A stretch of DNA of 63,723 nucleotides, counting the filler, from Saprolegnia diclina VS20 (taxonomy: Eukaryota): NCBI RefSeq assembly GCF_000281045.1. It is 6 parts of 3 records of this genome, joined end to end, with 100 filler letters (N's around TTAATTAATTAA, not from the genome) between each part and the next. Parts side by side here need not be neighbours in the genome. Positions count along the whole stretch, not along the records: positions 1 to 28,571 come from NW_008246071.1; 5 more parts are not named here. One strand, given 5' to 3'. Both the position numbers and the translations under genes were made by a program. The notes under the pieces are model-generated. The model ran no database searches, had not been told where the DNA came from, and was given only the letters and a program-made list of their open reading frames with translations. This document shows, in pieces, positions 11,801-22,347 of the stretch (positions are counted from its first letter, which is position 1; each line of letters opens with the position of its first letter).

Positions 11801-12168
11801 CGTCGTCGAGCACGGCGTCCCTATTTGGCGCGTCGGCAAGTCCGGCTTTGCCGACGGCTGCGGGCTCTTCCCTCTTCGGCTCGGCGCCGTCGTCGGGTCC
11901 TCCGTTGCCGACGGCTGGAGGTGCGTCGCTTTTTGGTGCTGCACCAGCTAACCCACCGGCGCCGGCGACCTCGAGCCTTTTCGGTAACGCCAGTGCTGCG
12001 GCGCCAGCGACCACCAGTCTCTTTGGCGCAGCACCGGCCACGGCCAAGCCCGCCGGTGTAGCACCGCCGCCGCCACCGGCCGCCCGGCTCTTCAAGGCCG
12101 ACGATTCGGACTCGGAGGGGTGGTCGGACGACGAGGCGTCGCTCTTTGGGCCACCCAAGAAAAAGTAG
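8884..12168 (+). CDS. FAM21: WASH complex subunit FAM21/WASHC2
   Basis: Head motifs WTLAEDAAL..NQFLMLSDSQFIENRVYEE and RPLPFVIGT..F; long disordered tail with many LF-acidic-LF (LFa) motifs. Probable in-frame 48-nt intron at 9270-9317. Confidence 0.88.
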   Translation: MDWAKLLSPHQGTDWTLAEDAALAVQLKLFSQTLLARTKALENSIWELGRDAERADVRLNNSINQFLMLSDSQFIENRVYEEEEDDVVVAPADADGAAQPTSDDKPVEPEPAKDEPAKKKDIQVVDQYRYARCDVLHVSDAHAIRAALEMGMTAMKLFSVGNDEDDDVVDIYNERPLPFVIGTKEFLEDEYLGLGAAPDSDTDDDGSEAYSSSDVSESEDESEEEESESEEDGSDEDESEDDEDEVQHDSSARPRPPMPPMPPKPAAAHVDDSDDSDDSEDLFGFKPSTASKPAPPKRGGLFGVDSDDESEASGHDGHHSSLFAAQETKTGDLFDGRAAPPPAAPTARPPVNDLFSELKASAAARQQPKPASTGQALFGESDSDAESTSSGLFGCQSTVNMSRKASLPPATKPAFDVDSDSESSLFGSSRAQPKAPVVPAPTAAPSLPPPQQSKRLFGDTSDDDDDSMGLFGRPAAKSTPAAPVAAPPVSAPPAAPKKPAMFDSDSDDDDHGGLFGAPKSKPTNAAAPMDTKPAAPMAPVPPRMTPAAKPNTLFGNDSDDSDDDGGGLFGAPKAAPTPSIAVPPPKPVAPQPPVVSQPPVVSQPPVVSQPPVVSQPPVVAPVATRAPSKASNLFGGSDDDSDDDGGLFGKPPPAKPTMVTITETTTTTTTTTIAPQTRLHSLFKSDEVDASASSASLFGTPQRPSSRKNLFAPEPKTSSTLFGDDSDNESTASGLFGSSNKKPAPVVAPPVVAAPAVIVPKPIAQPPKAVVPPKQESDDEWSDDDSNGGGLFGRASSSLQPKPTPAPSTASTSNLFGQPMAAPAPQASLFGAPSAATLQPVASLQPAASLYSAASLQPAASLQAAAPLQPAASPQPAMVVQPSNTSLFGQPLTAAPAQASLFGASSSSSSLFGAAPSSSPPLPTAAGSSLFGSAPSTGPSLPTATSSSLFGSISTSGPPAPAASNSSLFGAAPSSSTASLFGASASPALPTAAGSSLFGSAPSSGPPLPTAGGASLFGAAPANPPAPATSSLFGNASAAAPATTSLFGAAPATAKPAGVAPPPPPAARLFKADDSDSEGWSDDEASLFGPPKKK
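10652..10741 (+). repeat. Coding 18-bp tandem repeat (QPPVVS, about 5 copies) within FAM21
   Basis: cagcccccagtggtctcg / cagcctcctgtggtctcg units. Confidence 0.9.
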
Positions 12169-12239
12169 TGCGTTCTGCTATGCTCGTCACACACTTTCAT
12201 TGCACGACGATAAAACATTCAAAGTTATGACGACTAATG

Positions 12240-13244
12240 TTACGAGTACAAACTAATCTGACATGGCAAGTGCACCGTGTCGCGTGGACATCTATGGTAG
12301 GCCACGACCGGTGCGACTTGGAGCTTCTCGGTGCTGTCGAGAACAAAGGCGACGCCAAGATCGTGCTGGTTGAGCAAGACGCGGATCGTCTTCTTGCTCC
12401 GGTCCAGCACAAGCGTGAGCATGTCCCCGTGGAGACACGTGATGTGGCACCCACTCGGCCCAAAGCTGGCGCTGTGCGGACCCCGTGCAACATGCACAAA
12501 CCACCCGTCGTAGCTCGATTGTCGCTTTGTCGGACACGGCGTAAAGCCGACCGCGATGCTGCCTTCCACCTTGACGAGCCGCATGGCCACGTGGTCCATG
12601 CGGCCGTGGACGATCGCGTGCTCGAAGGCATATTCGTTGCCTTGGGACGGCGTCGAAATAAGCGTGCGCTTGTCGGCGCTCATGTTGAAGTAGCGGCTCG
12701 AGAGCCGTTGGGACCATAGCGCCGAGCCCTCGGTCTGCATGTACCCCACCGGCACGTCCCACGTGGCGAGCTTGTCGAGGATCCAGCGGACCTCGCGAGA
12801 AATGACGCCGCGCACATTCAATACGTGGTACAAGAGGACATTGATCGCTCGGACGTAAATGCGGTGCGGCGTGCGGTTGCTTATGTGCACGACGGCGGCG
12901 CCATCGGGCGCGATCGAGAAGGGCTCGGACAAAATGGCTTCGTAGAGGTCGCATTTGGGAAACTTTTGCAGCATGCTCGTGGGCACGTCCAAGGTCGAGC
13001 GATCATTCAACACAAAGCGCAGCTGCAGCGGGAGCTGGTCGAAAAGCGACACGTCGGCGCCGCCAAGCCACGCCGCCTCGACGCGTTGTAGCCGGGCGTC
13101 CATCGCGCGAGATCGTTCTTCGAGCAGCGCGAGGCGCTCTTCAAACGAGCTTGTTACCGATACAGAGGAAGCGCGCCGAGTGCGCTTGGTCCCGCGTGGC
13201 GCACGGTCCGTCGGGGCCATGCTGTCGGTCGTGCGTCGTGCCAT
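12240..13244 (-). CDS. Coiled-coil + BTB-like + SPRY/B30.2-like protein (paralog of the next gene)
   Basis: Aligns by eye with the 13472-15463 product: LRFVLNDRSTLDVPTSML, EPFSIAPDGAAV, GWFVHV, GDMLTLVLDR..IRVLLNQHDLGVAF. Domain calls are by motif resemblance only. Confidence 0.7.
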   Translation of the reverse strand: MARRTTDSMAPTDRAPRGTKRTRRASSVSVTSSFEERLALLEERSRAMDARLQRVEAAWLGGADVSLFDQLPLQLRFVLNDRSTLDVPTSMLQKFPKCDLYEAILSEPFSIAPDGAAVVHISNRTPHRIYVRAINVLLYHVLNVRGVISREVRWILDKLATWDVPVGYMQTEGSALWSQRLSSRYFNMSADKRTLISTPSQGNEYAFEHAIVHGRMDHVAMRLVKVEGSIAVGFTPCPTKRQSSYDGWFVHVARGPHSASFGPSGCHITCLHGDMLTLVLDRSKKTIRVLLNQHDLGVAFVLDSTEKLQVAPVVAYHRCPRDTVHLPCQISLYS

Positions 13245-13471
13245 GGGTCAATAATTTATTGACCCATGGTCGTGCAAAAGTGTGCCACAGAGAAATCGTC
13301 CCATCGATTGTATGTCACATAGTGGATCCAAGTAATATGCAATATGGTCAAAAGCACCGCCTCGGTATGGATACATGGCTTGTGGCAGCGCATCCTTTTA
13401 TACAGGTCAACACCCATATGTATTAGTTCTTTCAGTCATCGAGTATTGAAATAAATGTATTGTGAAAGGTT

Positions 13472-15463
13472 TTAGCCGTAAAACGTCACGTGGCAGCCGT
13501 GCTGGACACGGAGCACGTCGATGCTGGGGCGGAGCCCAATCGACGGGAACAACGGCTGTCGCACGTGGCGTGGTTCGAGGCGAAACGCGACGTCAAGTTC
13601 CATTTGGTTGCGAAAAAAGCGCAGCCACAGCGTGTCTCGGTCCAGAAGGACCGTGAGGAGGTCGCCGCGCTCAAACGTCACGGGGCGTTGCTCCATGTAG
13701 TCGAATGCTTTGGTCGTATGGACGAGGTACGCTTTCTGAAAGGCTTGGACGTGGATGAACCAACCAGCAAAATTGCCGGGCTCGAGAGACGGCTCGCGGG
13801 GTCCCAGCCCCACAAGCACGCGACCACCAATGTCGCCGAGTACGACAGAGAAGCGTGTGACGGCGTTCGCACCGTACGCCCATTCAAAGTCGAGGTCATT
13901 TTCGTACAGAAGCGAGGCCGCCTTGTTGTTGTTGAGGAGCGCAATCTTGGCCGACGAGAGCGTGCCATCAAACGTAAAGAGGGTCGGCGACCGCTCAAAC
14001 CACTTGATGCACCAAAACTTGAGCGTGCAGTGAAGCAGCGTCATGTTGGTCGCCGACAAGTCGCGCGTGTCGAGGTGCTTGTACAAGAGGTACTTGGTGA
14101 TCCGGCCAAAAAGCGCTGGCGACAAATGCACCTGCAGTGCAAACACTGCCGCGCCCGTCTTGTCGATCGCGTACGGCTGGTGCAGCACGACCGTGTGAAA
14201 GTAGCTTGCCTCGTGCTCCAAGAGCGTGCTCGTAGGAAGATCAAATGACTTGCCGTCCACAACAAACGTGAGCATGCGCGGCAACGCCTCCAACCGCGCT
14301 TGGCGCGTCGCTTGCGGCAGTATGCCCATGGCGACGCTCCATGGCTTGATGAGATTGGCCGTCGCCTCCATGAGAAAGTCGGCGCTCACATACATGGTCG
14401 GCGGGAGACTCAGCCACGGCAAGAGGTTCGCCGGCATCAAATGACTCCCGGGAACACCAAGGGTCGTGCGCAATGCTGGTGGCGGCACCCCACTTGCCGG
14501 ACGTATCGAAGTGGCGCGTGCTGGCTCTGCCGATGCGATTGGCGTTGAAGCGAACTGCACCGACGGAAAAGCAGGCACGAGGGCCGCACCGGACGGCGGC
14601 ACATACGTGGCAGAGGCCGGCTGTGGCATGGCCATATCGCGGGCGCTCGGCCGCTCGATTTGGCCTCTCGTCGCCGCAGCAACTTGTGCCTCGAGCTCAG
14701 TGATACGCGACTCGAGGTACGCGTTGTAGCGGTCAAGATCGCGAAGTCGCTTCTCGAGCGCGGCAAGGCGCGACGCGTCGGCGTAGGAAGTTGAACTCGG
14801 CTCGTCGCGTGGAGGCTCCGCTAGCGATGCTTGTGCGTCATCGATTTCTGCGGTCGGCGTAGCCTCTGGTCCCGCCTGTTTGCGTGGTGGGCGGCCTCGC
14901 CCTCGACCTTTCTTGCTTTGAGGCGAGGTATGGAGTGCCGAGACTCCAAGCGGAGCCGCTCTGGACCTCGCGGGGTATCGGCGCTCTGTAGGTTGCTCTT
15001 GCAGCGCGGTTTCGATTAGCTGCGCGCCTGCGCTTGGTTGTCGCGGCTTATCGGCGCTTGGGCTCGTTGTCTTTCGCCGCCGGTTCGTGGCGAGATACCC
15101 ATATTGAGGCTTAAGCGGAATTGTGAGCGTGGGTCGTCCAGCCATCGCGCTTGCGTCATCGTCCGAGAACCTTGAATATGCTGATGCGACAGGCATCTCC
15201 TGCGCCGGCAGCACGCGCTGTGGGCGACCACGCTTCTTTTTGGGCGGTGAAGGTGCTAGCTCGCGTCGTGGGCGACCCCGCTTGCGAGTTGTCGTCGTTG
15301 GGGCCGATGCAGCTTCGAGCGCAATGGCCGTGGCTGCGCTGCGCGGAAGCTCTTGCATCGGCTGTCGCCTTGCTGCTACCTCGTCGCTACCGGTCCCGGG
15401 CACCCCGTCGACGTCCATACCGGCTCGCAAATGGACCGTCGAACTTTGTGCATGGGCCATCAT
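13472..15463 (-). CDS. AT-hook + coiled-coil + BTB-like + SPRY-like protein
   Basis: AT-hooks RKRGRPRR, KKRGRPQR, GRGRPPRK; coil RLAALEKRLRDLDRYNAYLESRITELE; KCTD-type BTB-like LTFVVDGKSFDLPTSTLL..SYF..SPALFGRITKYL..LKFW; SPRY-like GDLLTVLLDRDTLWLRFFRNQMELDVAF..LFPSIGL. Confidence 0.75.
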   Translation of the reverse strand: MMAHAQSSTVHLRAGMDVDGVPGTGSDEVAARRQPMQELPRSAATAIALEAASAPTTTTRKRGRPRRELAPSPPKKKRGRPQRVLPAQEMPVASAYSRFSDDDASAMAGRPTLTIPLKPQYGYLATNRRRKTTSPSADKPRQPSAGAQLIETALQEQPTERRYPARSRAAPLGVSALHTSPQSKKGRGRGRPPRKQAGPEATPTAEIDDAQASLAEPPRDEPSSTSYADASRLAALEKRLRDLDRYNAYLESRITELEAQVAAATRGQIERPSARDMAMPQPASATYVPPSGAALVPAFPSVQFASTPIASAEPARATSIRPASGVPPPALRTTLGVPGSHLMPANLLPWLSLPPTMYVSADFLMEATANLIKPWSVAMGILPQATRQARLEALPRMLTFVVDGKSFDLPTSTLLEHEASYFHTVVLHQPYAIDKTGAAVFALQVHLSPALFGRITKYLLYKHLDTRDLSATNMTLLHCTLKFWCIKWFERSPTLFTFDGTLSSAKIALLNNNKAASLLYENDLDFEWAYGANAVTRFSVVLGDIGGRVLVGLGPREPSLEPGNFAGWFIHVQAFQKAYLVHTTKAFDYMEQRPVTFERGDLLTVLLDRDTLWLRFFRNQMELDVAFRLEPRHVRQPLFPSIGLRPSIDVLRVQHGCHVTFYG

Positions 15464-15618
15464 GTCAAAGTACTTGATGTTTGTATGGAATACAACAACC
15501 GAGGTCTGAACGATGTCAAGGCGATACGGGGCATACGTTAATCAAGAGAAAGGTTTCGAAGTCGAACAACACGTTTCACGGTATCTTGTTGGTCTATGGT
15601 GCCCACGTGAAGTCGAGC

Positions 15619-18600
15619 ATGGAGCCGCCGCCGTCCGCTGTCCGCCCGCCGGACGTGCGTCATGCTGCGTACGAGTCGCGCATCCAGGACCTCCTTCTCC
15701 TCGTCGAGATGAACAAGAAGGTCGCGGCCGAGGCGCTCAAGTGCAGCTCGGCCACGGCGCAGAAGCTCGAGGACGTCACCATGTACCATCACGCCCAAGT
15801 CGCCGTGTGGCGAGGACGTATGGAAGCCTCGTTGCGGCAGCGCCGGCAGCAGCGCTGCAAAGCCAGCGTCTTTGCGACCCTTGTCCAGCATCAACGTCGG
15901 TACCAGCAACTCCGCCGTCTTGTCGCGCTTCTGCACCACCACAGAATGCGGCAGGCGTGGCACCGGTGGAGCATGCTGCTGCAGCGCCCAGGCATTGCAG
16001 TGCCATCAGTTCAGTGGCCAATGCAAGCGCTCTTTCTGCGATGGCGCAACCATTTCCGAAGTCGCCGGCGGCTTCGACGGCTCTGGACACCCATCTTGCG
16101 ACGCTTTTACGAACGACGGCTTGCGCAAGCCCTGGTGCGGTGGCGGCTCCAGGCCAAAGACGAACAGCTGCAAATCTGGATCGAGTGCCTCAAGGGAGCC
16201 AATGTTGCCCTGGAGGAACAGGCCAAAGCGTACGAAGATGCGTTTGCCGAGACGCAAGCCGCCCACACCCGCGAGTACGCCATCGAGCAGCGCCGGTACC
16301 GCCGTCTCGACCAAACCAACGAGGTGTGCCTGACATTTCGACGGTGGGTCGGTCTCTGTCGCCTTCGGCATCGACGCGCCGACCTCGTCGCGTACCGTCA
16401 TCGCCTGCAGCAGCAGCAGCTGCAGCGCACGGTCCTCGCACAATGGCAGCGCGTGCACCAACGTCAGCGCCACGCCACACAACTGGTGCGCGTCGTCCGT
16501 CAAAGCCGCGTGCGACGTCTGTTGAACCACTGCTTTCGCGAATTGCGGTGGTCGGCCGACCAAGTGCGAAGATTGCGACGTCTCTGCTGCCGGCGCTATC
16601 GCAATCACTCGCGCCTCGCCTGGCAGCGCTGGCAGCACAGTGTGCACGCGCGCGGGACGTACACTGCGCTGCAAGAGAGCCTCGTGGTGGTGCACGCCGA
16701 CCATCGGCTGGCGCTAAAGAGGCTGCAGGACGCGCGCTCGATCTTGTCGTCGCACATGGCCACGCTCGTCCACCGCTTCAAGGCAGCAAGCGTGCGCCAG
16801 CGAAGCTTCATGCAGTGGAAGCGCATTCTTCTTTGCCGTCGTCAGCTCCGAAGTTTGTGTGTCGTCTACCAGCGCTCGGTGCAGCTCCATCTACAGCTTG
16901 CGCTTGCACGCTGGCACCGACACACGACCGTCGCGCGCTCGACACAGCGGTGGTTGCTCCGTGATCGACGGGCGCATGGACGTCGGCGGGTTAAGCGGCT
17001 ATGGGCGGCGTGGGTGCGCCATGCACAGTGCGGTCGCCGGCGCAAGCAACGGCGCTTCCTCGCCGCCAGTGTGCTCTACATGTGGCGGCAGCACACTCGC
17101 ACTTGTCAAGCACAGCGGGTCGGCGCACAGCATATTCTGCATGTTCTCTTGCGAGCCCGCTGTCGCCACCGGTTCGCACAGTGGCGTCGACAGCACGCCC
17201 ACCAGGTCCGACTTCGGTCGTTTCAACGTAGTCAGCGCCGGCGCCATCTCTTTGTCCTCTTTCGCGCTTGGAATCGCTACGCGGTTTGCCGTCGCCGGCT
17301 CGAGAAGCACACGTGGCGTCTCTGGATGCAAAAGCGGGACGCACGGCGCGACGCCAAGACCAAACGCCGGTGCTTTCGGCTCTGGCACCTCCGCGTTGAG
17401 CAGCAGCACCGCGTATCGCGGCACGTCGAGCTCTACCAAGTCCAGCGGTACAACCACAACGCCAAGTACCGCGTTCATATGCGGTGGAAGCAGTGGTTTC
17501 TGCGTCGACGGGCGATTCGGAGAGCCCTTCAACGTGTGTTGCGGCGGTTGCTCACGTTGAAGCCACTGGCGCGCGCGCTGGTGCAGTGGAAGCGACATCG
17601 CTGTGGCCTCCACGCACAGCACTCTCTTGTGCGCGGGACCCGGTCCATCGCACAGCGTTTTTGGTTCAAGTACCTTAGCGATGCCCAACGCACGCTCTTG
17701 CGCCTCTGCTTTTGTGGCTTGCGCGCCTACCGATGGCGGGCCGAGTACCACGGCCGGCTTGCGGCGCACGCAGCCGCGCGGCACGGACACTGGAACACGC
17801 GACGGCACTTCCTGCGCTGGCATGCGTTCTATAGCCGCGGGCGCCATCGGCGGCAATGGCTGCGTCATTGGTGTGCGTCACGCCGACCACGCATGGCCAA
17901 GTGGTTGGCACTCGAACACTGGCGGCAGTGCCTCTGGGGCGACCGTGTTCGGCGACTCGAACGTGGCGCGATGCAATCTCAAGCCAAGTTGGCGACGCTT
18001 CTTTGTGCGCAGCAGAGCCACCAGCATCTGCGCGTCGTGTTGCAAGTGTGGCACCGCCATATGCACCGAGACCGACTCGGACGCGACACGCTGCGGCGAC
18101 TCCTACACCGCCGCTACGTGGTGCGGCTGCGTTTGGCGTGGTTGGGTTTGCTCACGATCCGCCCCATCACCAACGCCCGCGCCATGGACCGCTGGCTCGG
18201 TCAGCGCAGTGCGCGGCGCGCACGGCTCGCGGTTCTGGGCACTTGGCGGCGAAAAGTCGTGCACCGTCGACGGGTGCAGCGGCTCCTCTTGCGTCTCGTC
18301 GTGGCGATCGAAGAGCGTGCTGCGCGCTTTGCGTTTGTTCAGTGGCGACGCGCGTCCCATGGATTTCAAATCAAGTACCAGCGCTACGTATTCACGTCGT
18401 ACATCTACACTCGCCTGGCGCGGCAAGCGCGGCTTCGCCGACTCAAGCTCCTCTTTGCCCACTGGGCGACGTACCATGATGCCCACACGGTACCGTCGTA
18501 AGTGTGGAGGAGAATGTGTTTGAGAATACGCATATGTAGCGCGCGCGAGCCAAGTACGAGGTGCGTGCGATCACGTGGCGAGCGCAGTGGCAGCGCCGTA

Positions 18601-21218
18601 TCGTTCAAACATGGAACGACCGGGCGGGATGCTGGCGCCGACAAAGACAAATGCTACGACGCCTTCTTTCCGCTTGCACGATGCGCCGGACGCAAGCTGC
18701 ATGGGCGCATTGGCTACGAACTATCCACGCCGCGCGACTGGTGCAAAGTTGGCAAGACGGTGTCGACGCTGCCCGGGGTGTCAAGACCGCGCTAGCCGAC
18801 GCCAAGATTCACGCGTGGCGCACACGCCTTCTCCAAGACCACCTCTGGATGTGGAAAGCTGTGACGGTGACGCGACGCGACCGCCTCGTGCTGGCGTGGA
18901 GAGAGTGGCACGACGTTTGGCAGCGCCGGCGTCTGCAGTACCGCGCCACTACGCTGCGTACGCAGAGTGTCCGTTTCCACTGGTGGCGGCGCCTCGTGCT
19001 CGGTCGCGGCTACGTCCGCAAAACATTATTGCAGGTCGCGCGTCGCTGGGCGCAACACCGCCTACGGCTCGGCTTCAACAGTTGGCTTCACTGCCTCCGC
19101 CGCACCATCCACACCGAGTGCCTCCACCGCGTCATGGTGATCCAAGCCATGCTCGAAGCCACCGAGTGCGAGAATAGACGGGAGGCAACGCTACGCCCCC
19201 TCCTGCACCACTGGCGACGAAGCGCCCGCGCGCAAAAGCTCGGTCGCAAACAAGTTCGCGAGCAGCGTCAGCAGCTTGTAAGGACTCTGTGGCGCTACTG
19301 GAAATGCCGGGCTCGGACGCGACGCATCGCGATGGGCAAGGCACTGCGCTGCCGTTGGCAGTTGTCAGCGTCGGTCGTGGCGATCTGGCGAGGCTTTGCA
19401 GCGAAGCGAGTCGTCGCCCGGCAACGCCTCCGTCGCCTCGGCGCGCTGTTGTCGCGCAAGCACCTCTACCGTGTGTGGTCGTCGTGGCAGACCTTCCTTC
19501 GCGACGCTGATGGACGCACTGCCAAGTTGCTTCTGCAAGCCGAGATTGAAAAGCGTCGCGCCGACGACGCACTGCGCCAAAGCCGCATTCTGCAGTACGT
19601 TCACATGGCATGCAGCGCCCAAGGCTTGCAGCTGCTTGCGAAAACCGTGGCTGCCTGGAAACAAGCAGCAACGACATCCAAAGCACACCGACGCCGCGCC
19701 AAGCGCCGGCGTCTGCACCACTGCTTCCTCACGTGGGCGTCCACCGTCGCCATCCAGCGTCATCAATGGCTGCAAGCAGCGTGGCGCGGCTGGTGCTTCG
19801 GTGTTCATGCGGCTCGGATCCAGCGACACCTCTTGGTGCACGTGGCAGCTCGGCACCTCAAACGTCAAAGTGTCGCCCTCCTGCGTCGCATCTGGTCGAG
19901 TTGGCGAGACGTTCTCCATGCTTATGAGAGGCAGGTCGCGGTGTGTTGTCGTCGCTACGAACGCCGCCTCGTTGCCCGCTGCATGCGCCACTGGCGCGCC
20001 TCGACAACTGCCGCCGGTCATCATACCATGTCGGCTCTACGGCTTGTGTTTCAACAGTGGAAGCAGTACCACCGCCTGACGACGCAGTGGGCGGCCAAGC
20101 AGGTGGTCGCCGCGCGCCATGCGAGCATCCTCATGCATTGGCGATCGCTGCGGTCGCCGGCGACGATGCTTCAAACGTGCTTGCTCGCATGGCGCACGGA
20201 TGTCTTTGGTCCCCGAGAGCGACTCCACTGGCGTCCAGATGCGCTGGAGCACGCCGGCGCGACACTCGTGGCCAGTGTCGCGACGTGGTTCGACGCGTAC
20301 CAAACCCACTGCGTGCTCCAGCGCTGGCGGTCGCATGCCTCCGCTCGAAAAGAACACCGCGCGCAGCAGCTCGCTCACATGACAAAGCGGACGCATATCC
20401 AACGTCTCCAAGCTGCATGGACATCCTGGAAGGTACACCACGGGACGTGGAGCACGGCGCGGCGCGTGGCGCAGCTCTGGCGTGTCGGTCAAGCCAAGCG
20501 CGTTCTGCTGCGCTGCTTCCACGCGTGGACGGCACTGGCTTCTGCGCAAGTGGCCCACCACAATGCGCTGCTCGGCCTCACACGCTGGGTACGGCGAACG
20601 ATGCAGCGCCGGCACCTCCTCCTCTTGTGCCTGCACGTGTGGCGGGCGAGTCTGCCGGCACGCATGCGCACGACCGACGTCGGGACCACTTGCGATATAC
20701 CGACACCGCTACCGTCCACAGCACTGACGACGCTCGTAACGCTTGTAGACCGGTGCGCGACGTTTCAACGCCGGCGCGCCAAGGCGGCCTTCTGGAACTG
20801 GTATCTGGTCACGCACGACCACGGAAGCGACACCGTCGCCGTCGACGTCGACGTCGGCGCACGTCTTGCCCACACGCTCCTCTTGCGGAGCAGCAGCCAT
20901 GTGGACCGCAAAAAGCAGCGGCAGTGGCTCATGCACTTCTTCACGCAGCAGAGCCATGCGAATTTGCTGCGACGGAGCTTCGAAGGCTTTAAGCGGTGCC
21001 ACTCGATCGCGGTCCGATCGCATCGGCTCGACAGCCAAGCGCAGCTCGTGCTCGTCCAGTGCCTCCAGATCATTGGCCAACTCCACGTGCGTCGGCGGTT
21101 CCACCAATGGAAGTCGGCGTACATTGCGCTCGCGCTCGCCCAAGCCCAGGAGGAGCACGCGGTGCTCATGGACGCTCTCCACGACATTGCGAAATACCGC
21201 CATTCGTTACTGCCCTAA
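15619..21218 (+). CDS. Giant Sfi1-like, Trp/Arg-rich repeat protein (putative centrin-binding), about 1850 aa
   Basis: Two long ORFs joined in phase by a GT-AG intron at 18490-18539; dozens of periodic [F/L/W]xxW[R/K] repeats with very basic composition. Confidence 0.72.
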
Positions 21219-22347
21219 AGTGTATTGGCCGAGACATCAAAGGTTGCAACGAGCGGTCGATGGTCCGACACCATGCGCCAGTAGTCGACCATCTCGTGCT
21301 GCGGCCGGGGCACGACCCACTACTCCATTTGAGACACGCTCGGATATGCATCTATATGTCATGTACCTCGTGCTCGTCCCACGGCTCGCCTTGGATAAAC
21401 TCGGGTCGTTTCAGCCGCGTCGTGTCGGGGAGGCCGCGCGGGAGGAGGTCGCAGCCCGTGGGCTTGAAGACGAGGCGCTTCTCGCCGTGGAGAAACGGGT
21501 GGTCGGCCTCGGGGATCGGCTGGAACGCTTTGAACGGATTCGAGCAAAAAATAAAGTCGACGCCGACCTAGATCCGCTCAGAACTGAGAGCTCGTCGCGC
21601 ACGTACCTCGCTGTTGTTGTGGTTGCAGTGTGTGATCTTGGCTTCGCGGCCATGGACGTCTGAGAAGACGGACCGGAACCCGTTCTCGAGCACGAGGTTG
21701 TGCACGGGGTCGTAAATGTCGTTGAAATCCCCGCACATGACGACCGGGCAGTTCTGCAAATGCTCCTTCGCCTGGTACGCGTGGATTGCGCGGAGCACGG
21801 TCTGGATCTGGGACATGCGCATGACGCGGTTGATGTCGCTGTGCGGAAACGTCAGATGCGTGTTGACGAGCAGGAACGACTAGACAATCAGCATGAGCTA
21901 TCCAAGTCGACCAGGACGCGAGCGTACCCGCTCCATGAATGAGTGCGTGTGCGTCTCGAGGAGCGTCGGCGGAATCGAGAGGTGCATGAGCATTGCGACG
22001 CGCTCGCCCGCCTTGTCAAAGTCGAGCTGCGTGTAATTGTGGAGCGTGATCTTGCTGCTGTCAAGAAACACGGCGAGGCCATCTTCCTTGAGCCCTGGCC
22101 GCTTGGCGAGGTGGCATGTGAAGCTCGGAAAGTGGCTCTCGAAGCGCTTCATGTAGAGCTCGTCAAAGTAGTACTCTTGGAGGCAGAGGATGCTCGACTT
22201 CTCCGCCTTCATGGGCGACACGAGCGCCTCTAGCCGGCGCATGTACAGCGACGCGTCCGTGGCCTCGAGCCGCCCGCCATGGCGGAAGTAGCATGGCGCC
22301 AGGAGGTTGAAGCTCAGGACGCTCAGCCCATCGAGCTTCCTTCGCAT
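21215..22347 (-). CDS. Endonuclease/exonuclease/phosphatase (EEP; CCR4/nocturnin/Angel-like) protein
   Basis: SVLSFNLLA, ILCLQE, EDGLAVF, VNTHL, VMCGDFND, VDFIF and final exon VSDHRPLVATF; stop TAG at 21217-21215. Confidence 0.88.
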
